Shown: in pieces, positions 30,160-40,722 of the stretch
How the letters are laid out: every line of letters starts with the position of its first letter
Numbering within the stretch: position 1 is the stretch's first letter
DNA from: a virus
Length of the DNA stretch: 64,000 bases
Reading direction: 5' to 3' (one strand)
IMG/VR virus record: IMGVR_UViG_3300046314_000148
Location: 32,001-96,000 of that record
The notes under the pieces: generated by a model
The model's input: only the letters and a program-made list of their open reading frames with translations
Database searches by the model: none
What the model was told of the DNA's origin: nothing
Position numbers and translations under genes: made by a program

Positions 30160-31193
30160 TATTCTCCGTGGTGATTAGGAAAAACCTTCGCAGTGTTCTC
30201 ACACATATCATCTACAAGATCAACGAAGGAACGCTTTCTAACCCATCCAAGCTTGGTAGAAGCCTTTGTGCAGTCTCCTAGAAGGGTCTCTACCTCTGCT
30301 GGTCTAAAGAACTTAGGGTTAATTCTAATAACAGTCTTGCCAGAAATGGTGTCAACACCAACCTCATCTAGGCCTTCACCCTGCCACTCGATCTTCATTC
30401 CGAAATAGTCTCCAGCCTTCTCAACAAACTCTCTGACCGAGTGCTGCTCTCCAGTAGAGATTACATAGTCATCGGGGGCATCCTGCTGTAGCATTAGCCA
30501 CATTGCGTATACGAAATCTTTTGCATGCCCCCAGTCTCGCATGGCATCTAGGTTGCCCAGCTCTAGGACATCCTGTCTTCCAACACTAATGTTGTTTAAA
30601 CCAAGAACGATTTTGCTTGTAACAAAGTTTACTCCACGTCTCGGGCTCTCGTGATTGAAGAGAATGCCGCTAGACGCATGCATACCGTAAGACTCTCTAT
30701 AGTTCTTGGTAATCCAGTGGCCATATAGCTTTGCTACACCGTAAGGAGAGCGAGGGTAGAAGTCTGTAGTTTCTTTCTGAGGTACTTCTTGGACAAGGCC
30801 AAACATCTCAGAGGTGCTTGCCTGATAGAAGCGAGTCTTATCCTTTAGTCCTAGAACTCGGATTGCCTCTAAGATTCTTAGTGGCCCAAGGGCATCTGTC
30901 TCAGCAGTAAACTCTGCGGTATCAAACGATACCTGGACATGGCTCTGAGCACCCAGGTTATAGACCTCATCTGGCTCAATGATCTTAATAAGATTAGTTA
31001 TTGACGCAGAGTCTGTCAAGTCTCCTTGGTGGAGAAATAGGCTGTCATTATCAAGAATGTTCTTGATTCGTGTAAAGTTATCAGTCGATGATCTACGAAC
31101 AAGTCCGTGTACTTCGTATCCGATGTTTAGCAGTAGTTCTGCCAAGTATGAACCATCTTGTCCAGTGATTCCCGTGATGAGAGCTTTCTTCAT
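30159..31193 (-). CDS. gmd: GDP-mannose 4,6-dehydratase
   Basis: [49 protein letters not shown]. Confidence 0.97.
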   Translation of the reverse strand: MKKALITGITGQDGSYLAELLLNIGYEVHGLVRRSSTDNFTRIKNILDNDSLFLHQGDLTDSASITNLIKIIEPDEVYNLGAQSHVQVSFDTAEFTAETDALGPLRILEAIRVLGLKDKTRFYQASTSEMFGLVQEVPQKETTDFYPRSPYGVAKLYGHWITKNYRESYGMHASSGILFNHESPRRGVNFVTSKIVLGLNNISVGRQDVLELGNLDAMRDWGHAKDFVYAMWLMLQQDAPDDYVISTGEQHSVREFVEKAGDYFGMKIEWQGEGLDEVGVDTISGKTVIRINPKFFRPAEVETLLGDCTKASTKLGWVRKRSFVDLVDDMCENTAKVFPNHHGE

Positions 31194-31260
31194 TTATAAT
31201 CCTATCTTATAAAAAGTATAGCATAAGAGACTATGGTACACTTGTTGTTAGGAGTTCACA

Positions 31261-33189
31261 TTGTCAAGAGTATTAGTATTATCTTCAACCCCAGACCCGT
31301 TCTCAGAAAATCATGGGGGTAAGCAGCGACTAGTAAAGTTACTGAGATCGCTTTCAACCAGGCATTCCGTCACCCTATTATCCCTTAGCTGGGAAGGGCA
31401 GGAGTTTCGCAAAGAGATATCCGAAAGACTTATCCACATATCAGTTGCAGTAGAGCCAGAGGTTATTCGTGCAGCCAGGGGAAGAACGACCCTTAAGAAG
31501 CCAAACAACGACACAAGAATTGCATACTTTAAAAGATACTTCAAGAGCTATAAGGCCAAGCTAAAGGACCTAGCAGAGGTTCACGACATCATTGTTGTAG
31601 ACCACTATGCAACAGCACCACTAGTTCATTCAGTCAAGACAGACATTCCAGTTTTCTATTCCTCTCAGAACTTTGAAACAGACCTTGCTAACCAGGTTTT
31701 CCCAAAAAGATCTGAAGATATCCGCATAGTAAATGAAACTGAGAAAGATATCATAGATCGATCATCTGCCATAGGATACTGTTCCGTAGATGACTTCGAG
31801 GCAATGAGGTCTCATTTCATTATTGATAAGCCAGCATATTACATTCCAAATGGAAATGATATGGTTCCTGGCATATCTGCTGGGGCAGGTCAGAAGTCAA
31901 AGAGAATTATCTTTATTGGAAGCGGTCACCCACCAAACATTATTGCAGCAGAAAGAGTTATAGAGTTGGCAAAGATGGTTCCAGACTATGACTTCGTAAT
32001 AGCTGGCTCCTGTGTCGGTGGTGTTGACCACCTACCAGCTCCAAAGAACCTTATTAAGATAAGGGAGATTAGCAATGACGAAGTAGAGGACCTATTCTCT
32101 AATGCCTTTGCCTTTATCAACCCAATGAAGTCTGGTTCTGGAACACACCTCAAGATGATGAAGGCTCTTAGCTATGGGCTGCCCATCATTTCATCACCAG
32201 TAGGGGCTAGAGGATTCTCTCAGGCAGAGAAGGATAGCTGCATGGTTATCTCTGAAACTCCAGAGGAAATGGTAAAGGCTATAAAGCTTATTACCGATTC
32301 TGCAGTATACAACAAGATGTCTGAAAGATCGCTAGAGCTTTCAAAAGACTACGACTGGAAAAAGATCGGGGAGTCCTTTATCTCTGCGATTGAACAAACG
32401 ATAGCAAACAAAAGAGAAGGCCTACCCATGATACAGGTTGAAACTAACAATGATCCAAAGAAGGAAAAGATTCTTCTATATTCGATCATTAGAAATGAAA
32501 GTAAATATATAGATTCATACCACAAGAAGCTAAACAATATTGTTAAGAACTTCCCCAACTATGAATTCTATCTATCTATCTATGAGAACGACTCTACTGA
32601 TGACACTAAGCAAAAGCTTCAGGGCAAGGACTGGTCATCATTTTCTCGTGTATCTCTAATCTTAGAGGATGTTCAGACCAAGTTCTATGGCTCAGTCAAG
32701 GATGGCGATCGAGTAAAGAACCTGTCAATAGCCAGGAACAAGGCCATAGAGGCTGGCGGATTTATCAACGATGTTGACTACGTCATGATGGTAGAGGCTG
32801 ACGTAGAGTTTGACATGAACACTGTTTCCAGAATCCTCAACTTCAAGAATGTTGTGCCAGACTTCGACATCGTATCTGGAATAACCATTCGTAATAAGAG
32901 ATTATATGATCAGTGGGCTACCAGAAAGAAACCAGTCTACGACGAGGGCATCTATCCAATTGATGACGACTACAAGATGAAGGCTTACGATAGGTACTAC
33001 TCTACATCTAATGGTATCTGCCTGTACAGGGCCAAGCCATTCCAAGAGGGCATCCGTTATGGATGGATAAACAATGTCACCAATGAATTTGATTGTGAGA
33101 TGGTTGTTGTCTGCCAAAGCTTCCATGACAACGGTTACGAGAATGTCTATATAATCCATGATGCAGAGATATATCACGAACACAAATAG
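31261..33189 (+). CDS. two-domain glycosyltransferase (GT4-like plus GT-A domain)
   Basis: GSGTHLKMMKALSYGLPIISS; C-domain YENDSTDDT...RN.AI...EAD. Confidence 0.8.
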   Translation: MSRVLVLSSTPDPFSENHGGKQRLVKLLRSLSTRHSVTLLSLSWEGQEFRKEISERLIHISVAVEPEVIRAARGRTTLKKPNNDTRIAYFKRYFKSYKAKLKDLAEVHDIIVVDHYATAPLVHSVKTDIPVFYSSQNFETDLANQVFPKRSEDIRIVNETEKDIIDRSSAIGYCSVDDFEAMRSHFIIDKPAYYIPNGNDMVPGISAGAGQKSKRIIFIGSGHPPNIIAAERVIELAKMVPDYDFVIAGSCVGGVDHLPAPKNLIKIREISNDEVEDLFSNAFAFINPMKSGSGTHLKMMKALSYGLPIISSPVGARGFSQAEKDSCMVISETPEEMVKAIKLITDSAVYNKMSERSLELSKDYDWKKIGESFISAIEQTIANKREGLPMIQVETNNDPKKEKILLYSIIRNESKYIDSYHKKLNNIVKNFPNYEFYLSIYENDSTDDTKQKLQGKDWSSFSRVSLILEDVQTKFYGSVKDGDRVKNLSIARNKAIEAGGFINDVDYVMMVEADVEFDMNTVSRILNFKNVVPDFDIVSGITIRNKRLYDQWATRKKPVYDEGIYPIDDDYKMKAYDRYYSTSNGICLYRAKPFQEGIRYGWINNVTNEFDCEMVVVCQSFHDNGYENVYIIHDAEIYHEHK

Positions 33190-33238
33190 TGCTTGACACG
33201 TTAATCCACCGATGGTATACTTTATACAAGGAGAAAAT

Positions 33239-33487
33239 ATGTCTAAAGAATTTAAAGAAAAAGCACTGAAGTATGTAGAGAACTACAAGCTAAAGCGTCC
33301 ATGTGTGGGCTGTAACCAGATGCTCCACTCTAGCCAACTAGATCCAGTTGATGGAACTAATGTAGATGCTATCATCAAGGGCATTACAGATAAAGAAACT
33401 TACGAGAAGTCTAAGCTAAAGATTGCCCAGCTCTTGTTTATCTGTGCAAACTGCAACAGGCTCAAGAAGTTCAAAGAGTCCAGATAG
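33239..33487 (+). CDS. degenerate HNH-like small protein
   Basis: PCVGC...ICANCNR. Confidence 0.5.
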   Translation: MSKEFKEKALKYVENYKLKRPCVGCNQMLHSSQLDPVDGTNVDAIIKGITDKETYEKSKLKIAQLLFICANCNRLKKFKESR

Positions 33488-33493
33488 CAGTAT

Positions 33494-33577
33494 CTCTTGG
33501 TGGCGGAATGGTAGACGCACTAGACTTAAAATCTGGGTCCGCAAGGAGTGTGGGTTCGAGTCCCACCTGAGAGACCA
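33494..33577 (+). tRNA. tRNA-Leu(TAA), CCA encoded
   Basis: CTAGA-CT-TAA-AA-TCTGG; long variable arm. Confidence 0.92.
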
Positions 33578-33578
33578 C

Positions 33579-33651
33579 CCCTCCATAGCTCAGTGGATAG
33601 AGCAAGAGCCTTCTAATCTCTTGGTCGTAGGTTCGATTCCTACTGGGGGGA
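33579..33651 (+). tRNA. tRNA-Arg(TCT)
   Basis: CT-TCT-AA loop; cloverleaf. Confidence 0.93.
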
Positions 33652-33672
33652 CTTATGTTAAAATAGGATACA

Positions 33673-34218
33673 ATGTCAATTCAAATTATAAAGAACTTTA
33701 TCTCAGCCAAGGAAGCTGAACCAATCATCTCGTTCATAGATGACAACCTGTCTAGATTTGTATACAACGCTGATCGTAGCAGATGGATGATGAGATTCGG
33801 TTACGATGAAGAGCTTCCTCACCAGGCGATACACAGCATTGAGCCAGCAGCAGAGATTAGAGATAATCTTATTAGTATCTTTGAGAAGACCAACAAGATG
33901 CTTGACGGCGAGACATATCTTACGTCGTGGTTTCTTTCTAAGCAACACTCTGGTGGCAGACTTATGTCTCATAAGGATGGAGTTCCTGGCGGAATCAATG
34001 ATCAGCTGGAGTATACCGCCATGCTGTATTTAAATACTTTAGATGGTAACGGAATGATCTCGTTTCCAGATGCTGGCTTCGGGGTAACTCCAGAAGTGGG
34101 GGACCTAATAATCTTTAAGTCCAAGGAAGACAGGCACGAAGTCTTCCCCATCACAGAGGATAGGTACTCGCTGCCTATGTGGTTTACAAAAAATAAAAAG
34201 TTTGAGTTTATGCAATAA
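33673..34218 (+). CDS. 2OG-Fe(II) oxygenase, prolyl-4-hydroxylase-like
   Basis: HKD, LYLN, HEVFPI..DRYS. Confidence 0.85.
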   Translation: MSIQIIKNFISAKEAEPIISFIDDNLSRFVYNADRSRWMMRFGYDEELPHQAIHSIEPAAEIRDNLISIFEKTNKMLDGETYLTSWFLSKQHSGGRLMSHKDGVPGGINDQLEYTAMLYLNTLDGNGMISFPDAGFGVTPEVGDLIIFKSKEDRHEVFPITEDRYSLPMWFTKNKKFEFMQ

Positions 34219-34257
34219 TTGCTTGCCTATTCATTCTTTTTCTGATATACTAGATAA

Positions 34258-34443
34258 ATGATTAATTGTTCAGTATGTAATAACGAGCTGGTAAAGGTAG
34301 TTTATGGCTACCCTACACCCACTATGATCCAGAGAGCAAGGAATGAGGAGATTGCTCTCGGGGGACTGGACAATCAAGGGTATTCACACTACTGCTATAC
34401 CTGTAATGAAACCGTTCCGCCAACCATTTGGCCAACAGACTAA
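34258..34443 (+). CDS. small Zn-binding protein
   Basis: CxxC..VVYGYP...LGG...CxxC; leaderless promoter. Confidence 0.65.
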   Translation: MINCSVCNNELVKVVYGYPTPTMIQRARNEEIALGGLDNQGYSHYCYTCNETVPPTIWPTD

Positions 34444-34488
34444 CACATACCCATTGACAAAACTCCTCGATCGGAGTATACTTATATT

Positions 34489-34692
34489 ATGACTAAAAGA
34501 TATACATATGGCTGCAGCTGTGGCTTTTCAACTAAGAGCTATGCTGCAATTAACGAACACTTTAAGAATAGCCTAGATAGCCATGGCCCAAAGAAAACAT
34601 CTACTGGTGCGTTTCTACATGTCCCAGATTCTATTGTGAGTAGACAGACATTCATGGAGCACTTCTTTAACTATGTTGTGGGCAAGAATTAA
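34489..34692 (+). CDS. small C2H2-like protein
   Basis: CSCG...H...H; TTGACA-N17-TATACT-N6-ATG. Confidence 0.6.
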   Translation: MTKRYTYGCSCGFSTKSYAAINEHFKNSLDSHGPKKTSTGAFLHVPDSIVSRQTFMEHFFNYVVGKN

Positions 34693-34925
34693 TGATATCA
34701 AACAAGAAGAATTTAGAGCTGGTTCAGAAGGCATATGACATGGGTTATGCCCATGGCCTTGCTGACGGCAAAGATGAGAAGCATATGGAGATTATTCGTA
34801 TGCTTACTGTCAAGCTGGATGGCACTGACTGGCTACAAGAAGATCCGTTGCATATCCGTGACATCGTTCCGCTTGTCGAAGGACAGGCCAAGAAGCCTGC
34901 TCCAAGCGAAAATGTCTGGGGATAG
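34692..34925 (+). CDS. hypothetical protein
   Basis: Coupled TAATG. Confidence 0.55.
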   Translation: MISNKKNLELVQKAYDMGYAHGLADGKDEKHMEIIRMLTVKLDGTDWLQEDPLHIRDIVPLVEGQAKKPAPSENVWG

Positions 34926-34962
34926 ACTTGACATGTGGGCTACTAGCCTATATAATTAATAC

Positions 34963-35214
34963 ATGCAGTTACTTAAAAGAAATAAGCCAACCACCTTGGC
35001 ATGCACAGGCAACCCAGACCATGAGATGGAATGGGATAGCGATGAGCCACTATTCCTAGTGCAGTATGACGATAAGATAGTTAAACAGCTAGAGCAGTTT
35101 GGCTATCGTATGCACCCACTAGTGCCAGAAATCATTGTGTGGAGCAAGTCCCTAGACTTCGAGACTACCTATGTTGCACGTAAAGAAGATTTTGACTATA
35201 TGGAGATGTTCTAA
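34963..35214 (+). CDS. hypothetical protein
   Basis: TTGACA-N17-TATAAT-N6-ATG. Confidence 0.6.
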   Translation: MQLLKRNKPTTLACTGNPDHEMEWDSDEPLFLVQYDDKIVKQLEQFGYRMHPLVPEIIVWSKSLDFETTYVARKEDFDYMEMF

Positions 35215-35939
35215 TGCCATCATTACAAGAAAACCTTGACACATGGAGTGACCCATCTGTTTGGCTAGACCACGATCTTGGGGAAGCCTGGTCTAAGGAA
35301 TTTGGCGGTACCGATATTTTATGGTACTCATACATATACCCTAGAATCTATAGCATGCTAAACGGTGCAGACCTGCTAGAGATTGCTCCTGGCCGAGGCA
35401 GGATAACAAAGTACTTATTGCAAAGCTGTAAGTCCTATGTAGGATATGACCTATCACCATACTGCATTGAGTATCTCAAGTCTGCCTATGATGAAGAGTT
35501 CTTCCTTAATGATGGCAAGAACTTTGCAAATACGGCAGATGATTCTATAGACTTTATCTTTTCCTGGGACTCACTGGTACATGCAGATGAGCCTGTCCTA
35601 TTTGATTATGCAAAAGAATCACTGCGAGTACTTAGAGACAATGGCGTAGCCTTCATCCACCACTCGAACAATGACTCCATCAACTATGCAGGCAATCCTC
35701 ACTGGAGGGGACATCTGAAGGCAAATAGCCTTAAGAAGCATGTCGAGGAGCTGGGTGGTCACGTAATTCTGCAGGAGTTTATTACTTGGGATGATGATCT
35801 TAGGGAGTATTCAGACTGTATTACTCTGTTTTCTAAGCACGGCAATGATAAGTTTGTTGGGCTAAACAACAACCTATTCTCAGTCATACGTTCCGAGAAT
35901 AAAAGAATTCTACAATCCTATCAGAAAGAGGAATACTAA
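35214..35939 (+). CDS. class I SAM-dependent methyltransferase
   Basis: LLEIAPGRGR, YD, SIDFIFSWDSLVH, RVLRDNG. Confidence 0.85.
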   Translation: MPSLQENLDTWSDPSVWLDHDLGEAWSKEFGGTDILWYSYIYPRIYSMLNGADLLEIAPGRGRITKYLLQSCKSYVGYDLSPYCIEYLKSAYDEEFFLNDGKNFANTADDSIDFIFSWDSLVHADEPVLFDYAKESLRVLRDNGVAFIHHSNNDSINYAGNPHWRGHLKANSLKKHVEELGGHVILQEFITWDDDLREYSDCITLFSKHGNDKFVGLNNNLFSVIRSENKRILQSYQKEEY

Positions 35940-36160
35940 TGGCTGGATTTGACTTAAACATGAAGCTAAGCGACTTTGAAAAGCTTGGGGAGTCTGGTTA
36001 CAACAAGGGCTTTGTCGAAGCCCTGACTATTGTAATTAAGATATTGAATGATAGGATCTGCTTTGACTTTAAGGCAGATAGTGCATGTGAGCATGCTGTA
36101 TGTCATCAGAACTTTGAGCTGGCAGAAGGCCTAGAGACGGTCAAGAGGAGTAAGCAATAG
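35939..36160 (+). CDS. hypothetical protein
   Basis: Coupled TAATG. Confidence 0.55.
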   Translation: MAGFDLNMKLSDFEKLGESGYNKGFVEALTIVIKILNDRICFDFKADSACEHAVCHQNFELAEGLETVKRSKQ

Positions 36161-36263
36161 TGACAAAAAGATTTGGCTGGTGTATCACTGGCCATCACAG
36201 CGAATGTGCGGTAGTCACATCGGATAACTGGCAGTGCGACTGCCCATGCCACGGGAAGATAAA

Positions 36264-36452
36264 ATGATTAGTACATTCTTTGGTCCAGACTGGATCTGGA
36301 TTGATATATATTTTGCAGGAATTATTGAGTTCATGCTAATCATAGGTATCCTGTATTCAGCATCTTATTTATTTAGTTGGATATCTGACTTTAACGGAGC
36401 AATGAGAGTCTATCGTCAGATGAAAGAATCTAGTAAGGGTGGGGTAAAATGA
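36264..36452 (+). CDS. small membrane protein
   Basis: Hydrophobic helix; coupled to a Cys-rich micro-ORF at 36160..36267. Confidence 0.5.
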   Translation: MISTFFGPDWIWIDIYFAGIIEFMLIIGILYSASYLFSWISDFNGAMRVYRQMKESSKGGVK

Positions 36453-36541
36453 TGCCAACCTGGATTGAAATTATGCTAACGGTCAACGGCATTGTCTGGA
36501 TCTTTATCTGGATTTATCGGATTATTAATGGAGAAATGTAA

Positions 36542-36964
36542 ATGAGCCTATACTATGTAAAACAAGATGACACCATCTGGGGATGTGGAGATCCAGATTG
36601 CTGTGGCGAATACTTTGAAAATATTACCGAGTCCTTCGTAAAGTGTGAAGACAATATTCCAGAACAGGATATGACTGCTGATCACTTACATGTATGTAAT
36701 GCTGGGGGGCCTGTTCTTAAATGGCGTAAGGCTAAGAAGAAGGAAGTCCAGGCATACGAAGATGGTAAGACTCAGGGATTCCAGGAAGGGTCTGACTGGG
36801 GTATTGAATGGCAAAAGAACAAGGCTGATGATGAAGCCATGAGACTATTTAGACCAGTAGAGGACCAAACCCTAAGACAGCTTATCAAGATGGGCTATGT
36901 TGTTACTCTTGATGGTGAGGCGATTGGAAGACCTATAAGCGTACATCGATACGAGGAAGTGTAA
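36542..36964 (+). CDS. hypothetical protein
   Basis: RBS GGAG; CGDPDCC. Confidence 0.6.
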   Translation: MSLYYVKQDDTIWGCGDPDCCGEYFENITESFVKCEDNIPEQDMTADHLHVCNAGGPVLKWRKAKKKEVQAYEDGKTQGFQEGSDWGIEWQKNKADDEAMRLFRPVEDQTLRQLIKMGYVVTLDGEAIGRPISVHRYEEV

Positions 36965-37130
36965 TGACCGAACTAACCTATGAGAATTTAATGAAGGCAC
37001 TAAAAGATGCTACTGATGACATATTAAAGAAGCAGCCACTTCAGGGTCCTATCTATAATGAACAACAAAAAGAATTACTAAAAAAGCACGGTATCGATCC
37101 AACTTTTACAATTATTGATGAGGTAAAATA

Positions 37131-37388
37131 ATGAAGAATCAAATATCTATTAGGACTGTAAACCACATAAATGAATTTGAATTGACTTTTACTAAAATAA
37201 AAAGACTAGATTTAGAATATATTCTATGCGTTAATGGCGAAGAGATTACCATATCTAAGGATATGGCTTTTGGTATAGCTACGGCACTTGATGAGTACAA
37301 GCAAGAAGTTTGTAATGAATTTGAAGACAAGAGATTCCCATACACTTTTCACAAAACTTTTGGGGAACACAAAGGAACAGACAAATGA
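37131..37388 (+). CDS. hypothetical protein
   Basis: RBS GAGG. Confidence 0.55.
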   Translation: MKNQISIRTVNHINEFELTFTKIKRLDLEYILCVNGEEITISKDMAFGIATALDEYKQEVCNEFEDKRFPYTFHKTFGEHKGTDK

Positions 37389-37592
37389 AACTAGATAACT
37401 ATACAATTAGCAAGGTCAAAGATCGAATTAGTGAGTTTCTTTTTATCAAGTGGCTTGAGGGTGCACTATGGGATAGCAATCATCCAGAGATTAAAGAGTT
37501 ATATGAGAACTACCACAACATCATGATTAAGCAGGTAGAGATAATTGATTAACACTATTGACAATTAGCGGTATTGAGAGTAGAATATACTT

Positions 37593-38003
37593 ATGAATAC
37601 AGGAGAAAAACTAATATCACGAATGCCAAAAGGATGGTTTCCGTCTATTGACTGCAGCTCTGGATGGGATCGTATCCTAGATGAAGTAGAAGAACGACTA
37701 AACTATCTAGATCCAAACTATGAAGTACACCAAGTAAAAGAAAAGTTTGGGACTCTACGCTTTTATTACACACCCACTATTGGTGGCGTAGTCCAGGATA
37801 TCATGGATGATGTTGTTCGTATGGCTGAAGCCTTGTCTGGAAAAACATGTGAGCTTTGTGGAAATTCTAGCGGTAGAGCTAATGCTACGACTAAGTTTGA
37901 TGATACTGTAGATACCAAGAATCGTAATGGATGGTATAAGACACTATGCAATACCTGTGCAGGTGAGAATGGCTATCCATTGACTAAGGATGAAGATGAT
38001 TAA
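37593..38003 (+). CDS. conserved phage protein (QVKEKFGxLRFY family)
   Basis: QVKEKFGTLRFY, TCELCG, TLC; leaderless sigmaA promoter. Confidence 0.7.
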   Translation: MNTGEKLISRMPKGWFPSIDCSSGWDRILDEVEERLNYLDPNYEVHQVKEKFGTLRFYYTPTIGGVVQDIMDDVVRMAEALSGKTCELCGNSSGRANATTKFDDTVDTKNRNGWYKTLCNTCAGENGYPLTKDEDD

Positions 38004-38135
38004 GTATAAACATACTATTAACAGGATAGATCCTGCTAAGCTTTTTGGCATTGTTATTGAGAGACACTATAAATATAAAAGTGTTATAGTTTTCTTTGGA
38101 CACCATACCTTTGATTTTTGGACAGGATATCGTAA

Positions 38136-38330
38136 GTGAGCAAGATCAACGACTTTGAAAAATTACCTGAGCCTAGGGGTTCACACTTTGCAGCATTTGA
38201 TGAGTTAGTTACGATGGAGCCACAAATTTTCAAGGTATCTCCAGAAGAGTATGCCCACTTAGAAAAACTTCTAGCTGAACCACCAAAGGTAAATGAAAGA
38301 CTAAAAAGATTATTAATGGGCAAAGAGTAA
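38136..38330 (+). CDS. hypothetical protein
   Basis: Coupled to the next ORF. Confidence 0.45.
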   Translation: MSKINDFEKLPEPRGSHFAAFDELVTMEPQIFKVSPEEYAHLEKLLAEPPKVNERLKRLLMGKE

Positions 38331-38521
38331 TGATTGAGATTCCAGTTGTTGGGCTTGTAACCGTCCTGGGCATCTTCATTTTTGTGGCTATCTCTATGTG
38401 GGTTATCTATGTAAGTGGAGAACTAAAAGATCGTGGAGCCTTGGCAGACCGCAACACCGAGAAGATTAGCCAGGAACTTAGAGACATCAAGAAGCGTCTA
38501 CACGCCCTGGAGAAGAAATGA
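38330..38521 (+). CDS. small TM plus coiled-coil protein
   Basis: N-terminal TM. Confidence 0.55.
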   Translation: MIEIPVVGLVTVLGIFIFVAISMWVIYVSGELKDRGALADRNTEKISQELRDIKKRLHALEKK

Positions 38522-38877
38522 CACCACTAGAACAAGAGATATGTAAACTAAACCAGATTTGGTGCAACTATGTAAACCTTGATCATTCTAAGACTAAGGA
38601 TAGATTGTGGTATGTCACTCAGCAATTCAGCTATGGGGAGATGTATTACCAGGCAAGTCACTGGGGTTACATTGCCAACGACTTCGAGGGTACCAAGTGT
38701 ACAACCCTAGAAGAGGCACAAGAAGAGCTAAGAGACACACTACTACTAGAAATACACAAGCATAAGCAATATGCTATTCGTAACATAGAATCCTATAAGG
38801 AAGATGAATTGAATATGTATGAGATAGATGAGTATCGCAGGTGGCTACAGGTGCTGAATGGAGAAGACAATGGATGA
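38518..38877 (+). CDS. hypothetical protein
   Basis: ATGA overlap. Confidence 0.6.
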   Translation: MTPLEQEICKLNQIWCNYVNLDHSKTKDRLWYVTQQFSYGEMYYQASHWGYIANDFEGTKCTTLEEAQEELRDTLLLEIHKHKQYAIRNIESYKEDELNMYEIDEYRRWLQVLNGEDNG

Positions 38878-39115
38878 ATTAGACTACTCAGATCAAGTAA
38901 CCATTATCATTACCAAGGTAAAGTATGATGGAAAGCCTAGTCACTGGGACTTGACTGTAGAAAAGTCTGGAGAGTCTGAAGAGCTTGGTGGTGGCACTGC
39001 TCCAACTTTTGCTGGTATCTACGACATGGCCTACAGTATCATTGCAGGTGGAGACAAGCACAGTAACTACGAATATAACGATTGGGTTTTCCTCGACGCA
39101 AATAAAATAGATTAA
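38858..39115 (+). CDS. hypothetical protein
   Basis: ORF in operon. Confidence 0.55.
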   Translation: MEKTMDELDYSDQVTIIITKVKYDGKPSHWDLTVEKSGESEELGGGTAPTFAGIYDMAYSIIAGGDKHSNYEYNDWVFLDANKID

Positions 39116-39203
39116 GTTTGGGCGTAAAAGCTCGGCGGTAAATAAGAGGCCCATCCAAGACTAACGTCTTGACATTCTCTAGTATCCAGGATAAACTATA
39201 CAT

Positions 39204-39677
39204 ATGAAGATAACACTAAGTCTAGAAGAAATAGCTATGGCAGCTGCTGTAGCGGTACATAGGGGTATTGATGCTATTAAGCATAACCGCAAGAACCAGC
39301 ATGGCTTTACAGGTAATGGCTGGACAGAGAACATCGAAGGCTACGGAGCAGAATTAGCTGTCTCCAAGGCATTGAACCTATATTACAGTGCAGGGGCTGG
39401 CAAAGGTTTTAAAGGGGCAGATGTGTCTGAAAAGATCCAGGTACGATGGGCAAGCCAAGACAACTATAGACTTATCGTAAGAGCACCAGACCAGACAGAC
39501 CATACCTATGTCCTAGTAACAGGTGAAGCACCTACCTATGACATAAAGGGATTCATTCCTGGACAGTATGCTAAGCAAGATAAGTACTACAGTAACCCAG
39601 GTAATGGCAGACCAGATGCCTGGTGGGTCCCACAGGGGGACCTAAAGTCTATTGAGTTTATCTCTGAGTACCTATAG
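39204..39677 (+). CDS. hypothetical protein, possible PD-(D/E)XK-like fold
   Basis: EG..AE.AV, GADV...IQVR; leaderless promoter. Confidence 0.55.
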   Translation: MKITLSLEEIAMAAAVAVHRGIDAIKHNRKNQHGFTGNGWTENIEGYGAELAVSKALNLYYSAGAGKGFKGADVSEKIQVRWASQDNYRLIVRAPDQTDHTYVLVTGEAPTYDIKGFIPGQYAKQDKYYSNPGNGRPDAWWVPQGDLKSIEFISEYL

Positions 39678-40224
39678 CCTTAGACATTACAAGCCTATAG
39701 ATTTCATTAGCTTCCTCTGATACACCCATTGTAGACATAAGCTGCTTTACTCTTTCGTAAATGGGAATCTCCTTTGCAGAGATAACAAAATTTGGACTAC
39801 CATATTGCATAGTCTGCTCTTCGATCTCTATGTCTCTGCTCTCTTGATTTACTGGGACATCCACGATCTTAGCTATAGCAATTGCTGTGCCTTCTGGATC
39901 GGAAACAAGGTCGTTGAAGTCTATGATGGTATCTGCTTTCTTATATATTTCTTTTAAAGTTTTTATGTATGTCCAAGTCATAAAGTTAACTACATTCCAT
40001 AGTCCAGTTTCTGGATCGAAACCCTTGTGGTACATTCCAATAGCTGCGTCTGAAGTAATGCAGTCGAGAGGGTTTCTGACTACAGAGATTAGGTGCTGGC
40101 CCTTCTTGTAGTGTTCAAGGTCATGGGACCTTACTGTATCTGTACCTAGTCTGGTAGTAAGTAGGGCCTTAAGGTAGTGGCTGCCTGAACGAGGATAAGC
40201 GTATATGTAGAATGATTTAGTCAC
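39658..40224 (-). CDS. sulfotransferase-like P-loop protein (paralogue of 28937..29464)
   Basis: AYPRSGSHYL, VRNPLDCITS, F.DL..DP. Confidence 0.65.
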   Translation of the reverse strand: MTKSFYIYAYPRSGSHYLKALLTTRLGTDTVRSHDLEHYKKGQHLISVVRNPLDCITSDAAIGMYHKGFDPETGLWNVVNFMTWTYIKTLKEIYKKADTIIDFNDLVSDPEGTAIAIAKIVDVPVNQESRDIEIEEQTMQYGSPNFVISAKEIPIYERVKQLMSTMGVSEEANEIYRLVMSKAIGTQR

Positions 40225-40691
40225 CTAGCAAGTATATCAAATTTTCGGGGGATAAGAAGTGATACCCATAACCCCTAGTATAAGATATACTTAGTAGTAT
40301 GAACACAACCGATTATGTAATGTCTTTCTTAGCTATAGGATATGCTGTATGTATTGCTATAGTGGTATGGCTTGAGAATAAGAAGTAACTTCCATACGAT
40401 TGTTTAGCTCAATAAACAATCATAAGGGATATGCTTACGATTGTTTAAGATCTATGTTGCAATAGAGACAGAACCCTTTATCCGTTTTCCATATACCCAC
40501 ATAGAAGTGCTTTCCCCTTGAGCATCTTATCTTTGATCTCAAAGCATAGATATACCAGAAGTAGCTAATTAGAAAGAGTTTGAATTTAATTTTCATAGCT
40601 CAAGTATAGCCTATATCGCCTCAAAGAGTGGATCTAAATACCCCTGAATATTTAAAAGATACTTTAAGAAATTCTTAAAATTACTTTTAAG

Positions 40692-40722
40692 TTATACACA
40701 TTTATACACAGATTTATCCACA
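40692..40722 (+). promoter_or_regulatory. three tandem DnaA boxes next to an AT-rich tract
   Basis: TTATACACA 40692, TTATACACA 40702, TTATCCACA 40714. Confidence 0.6.
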
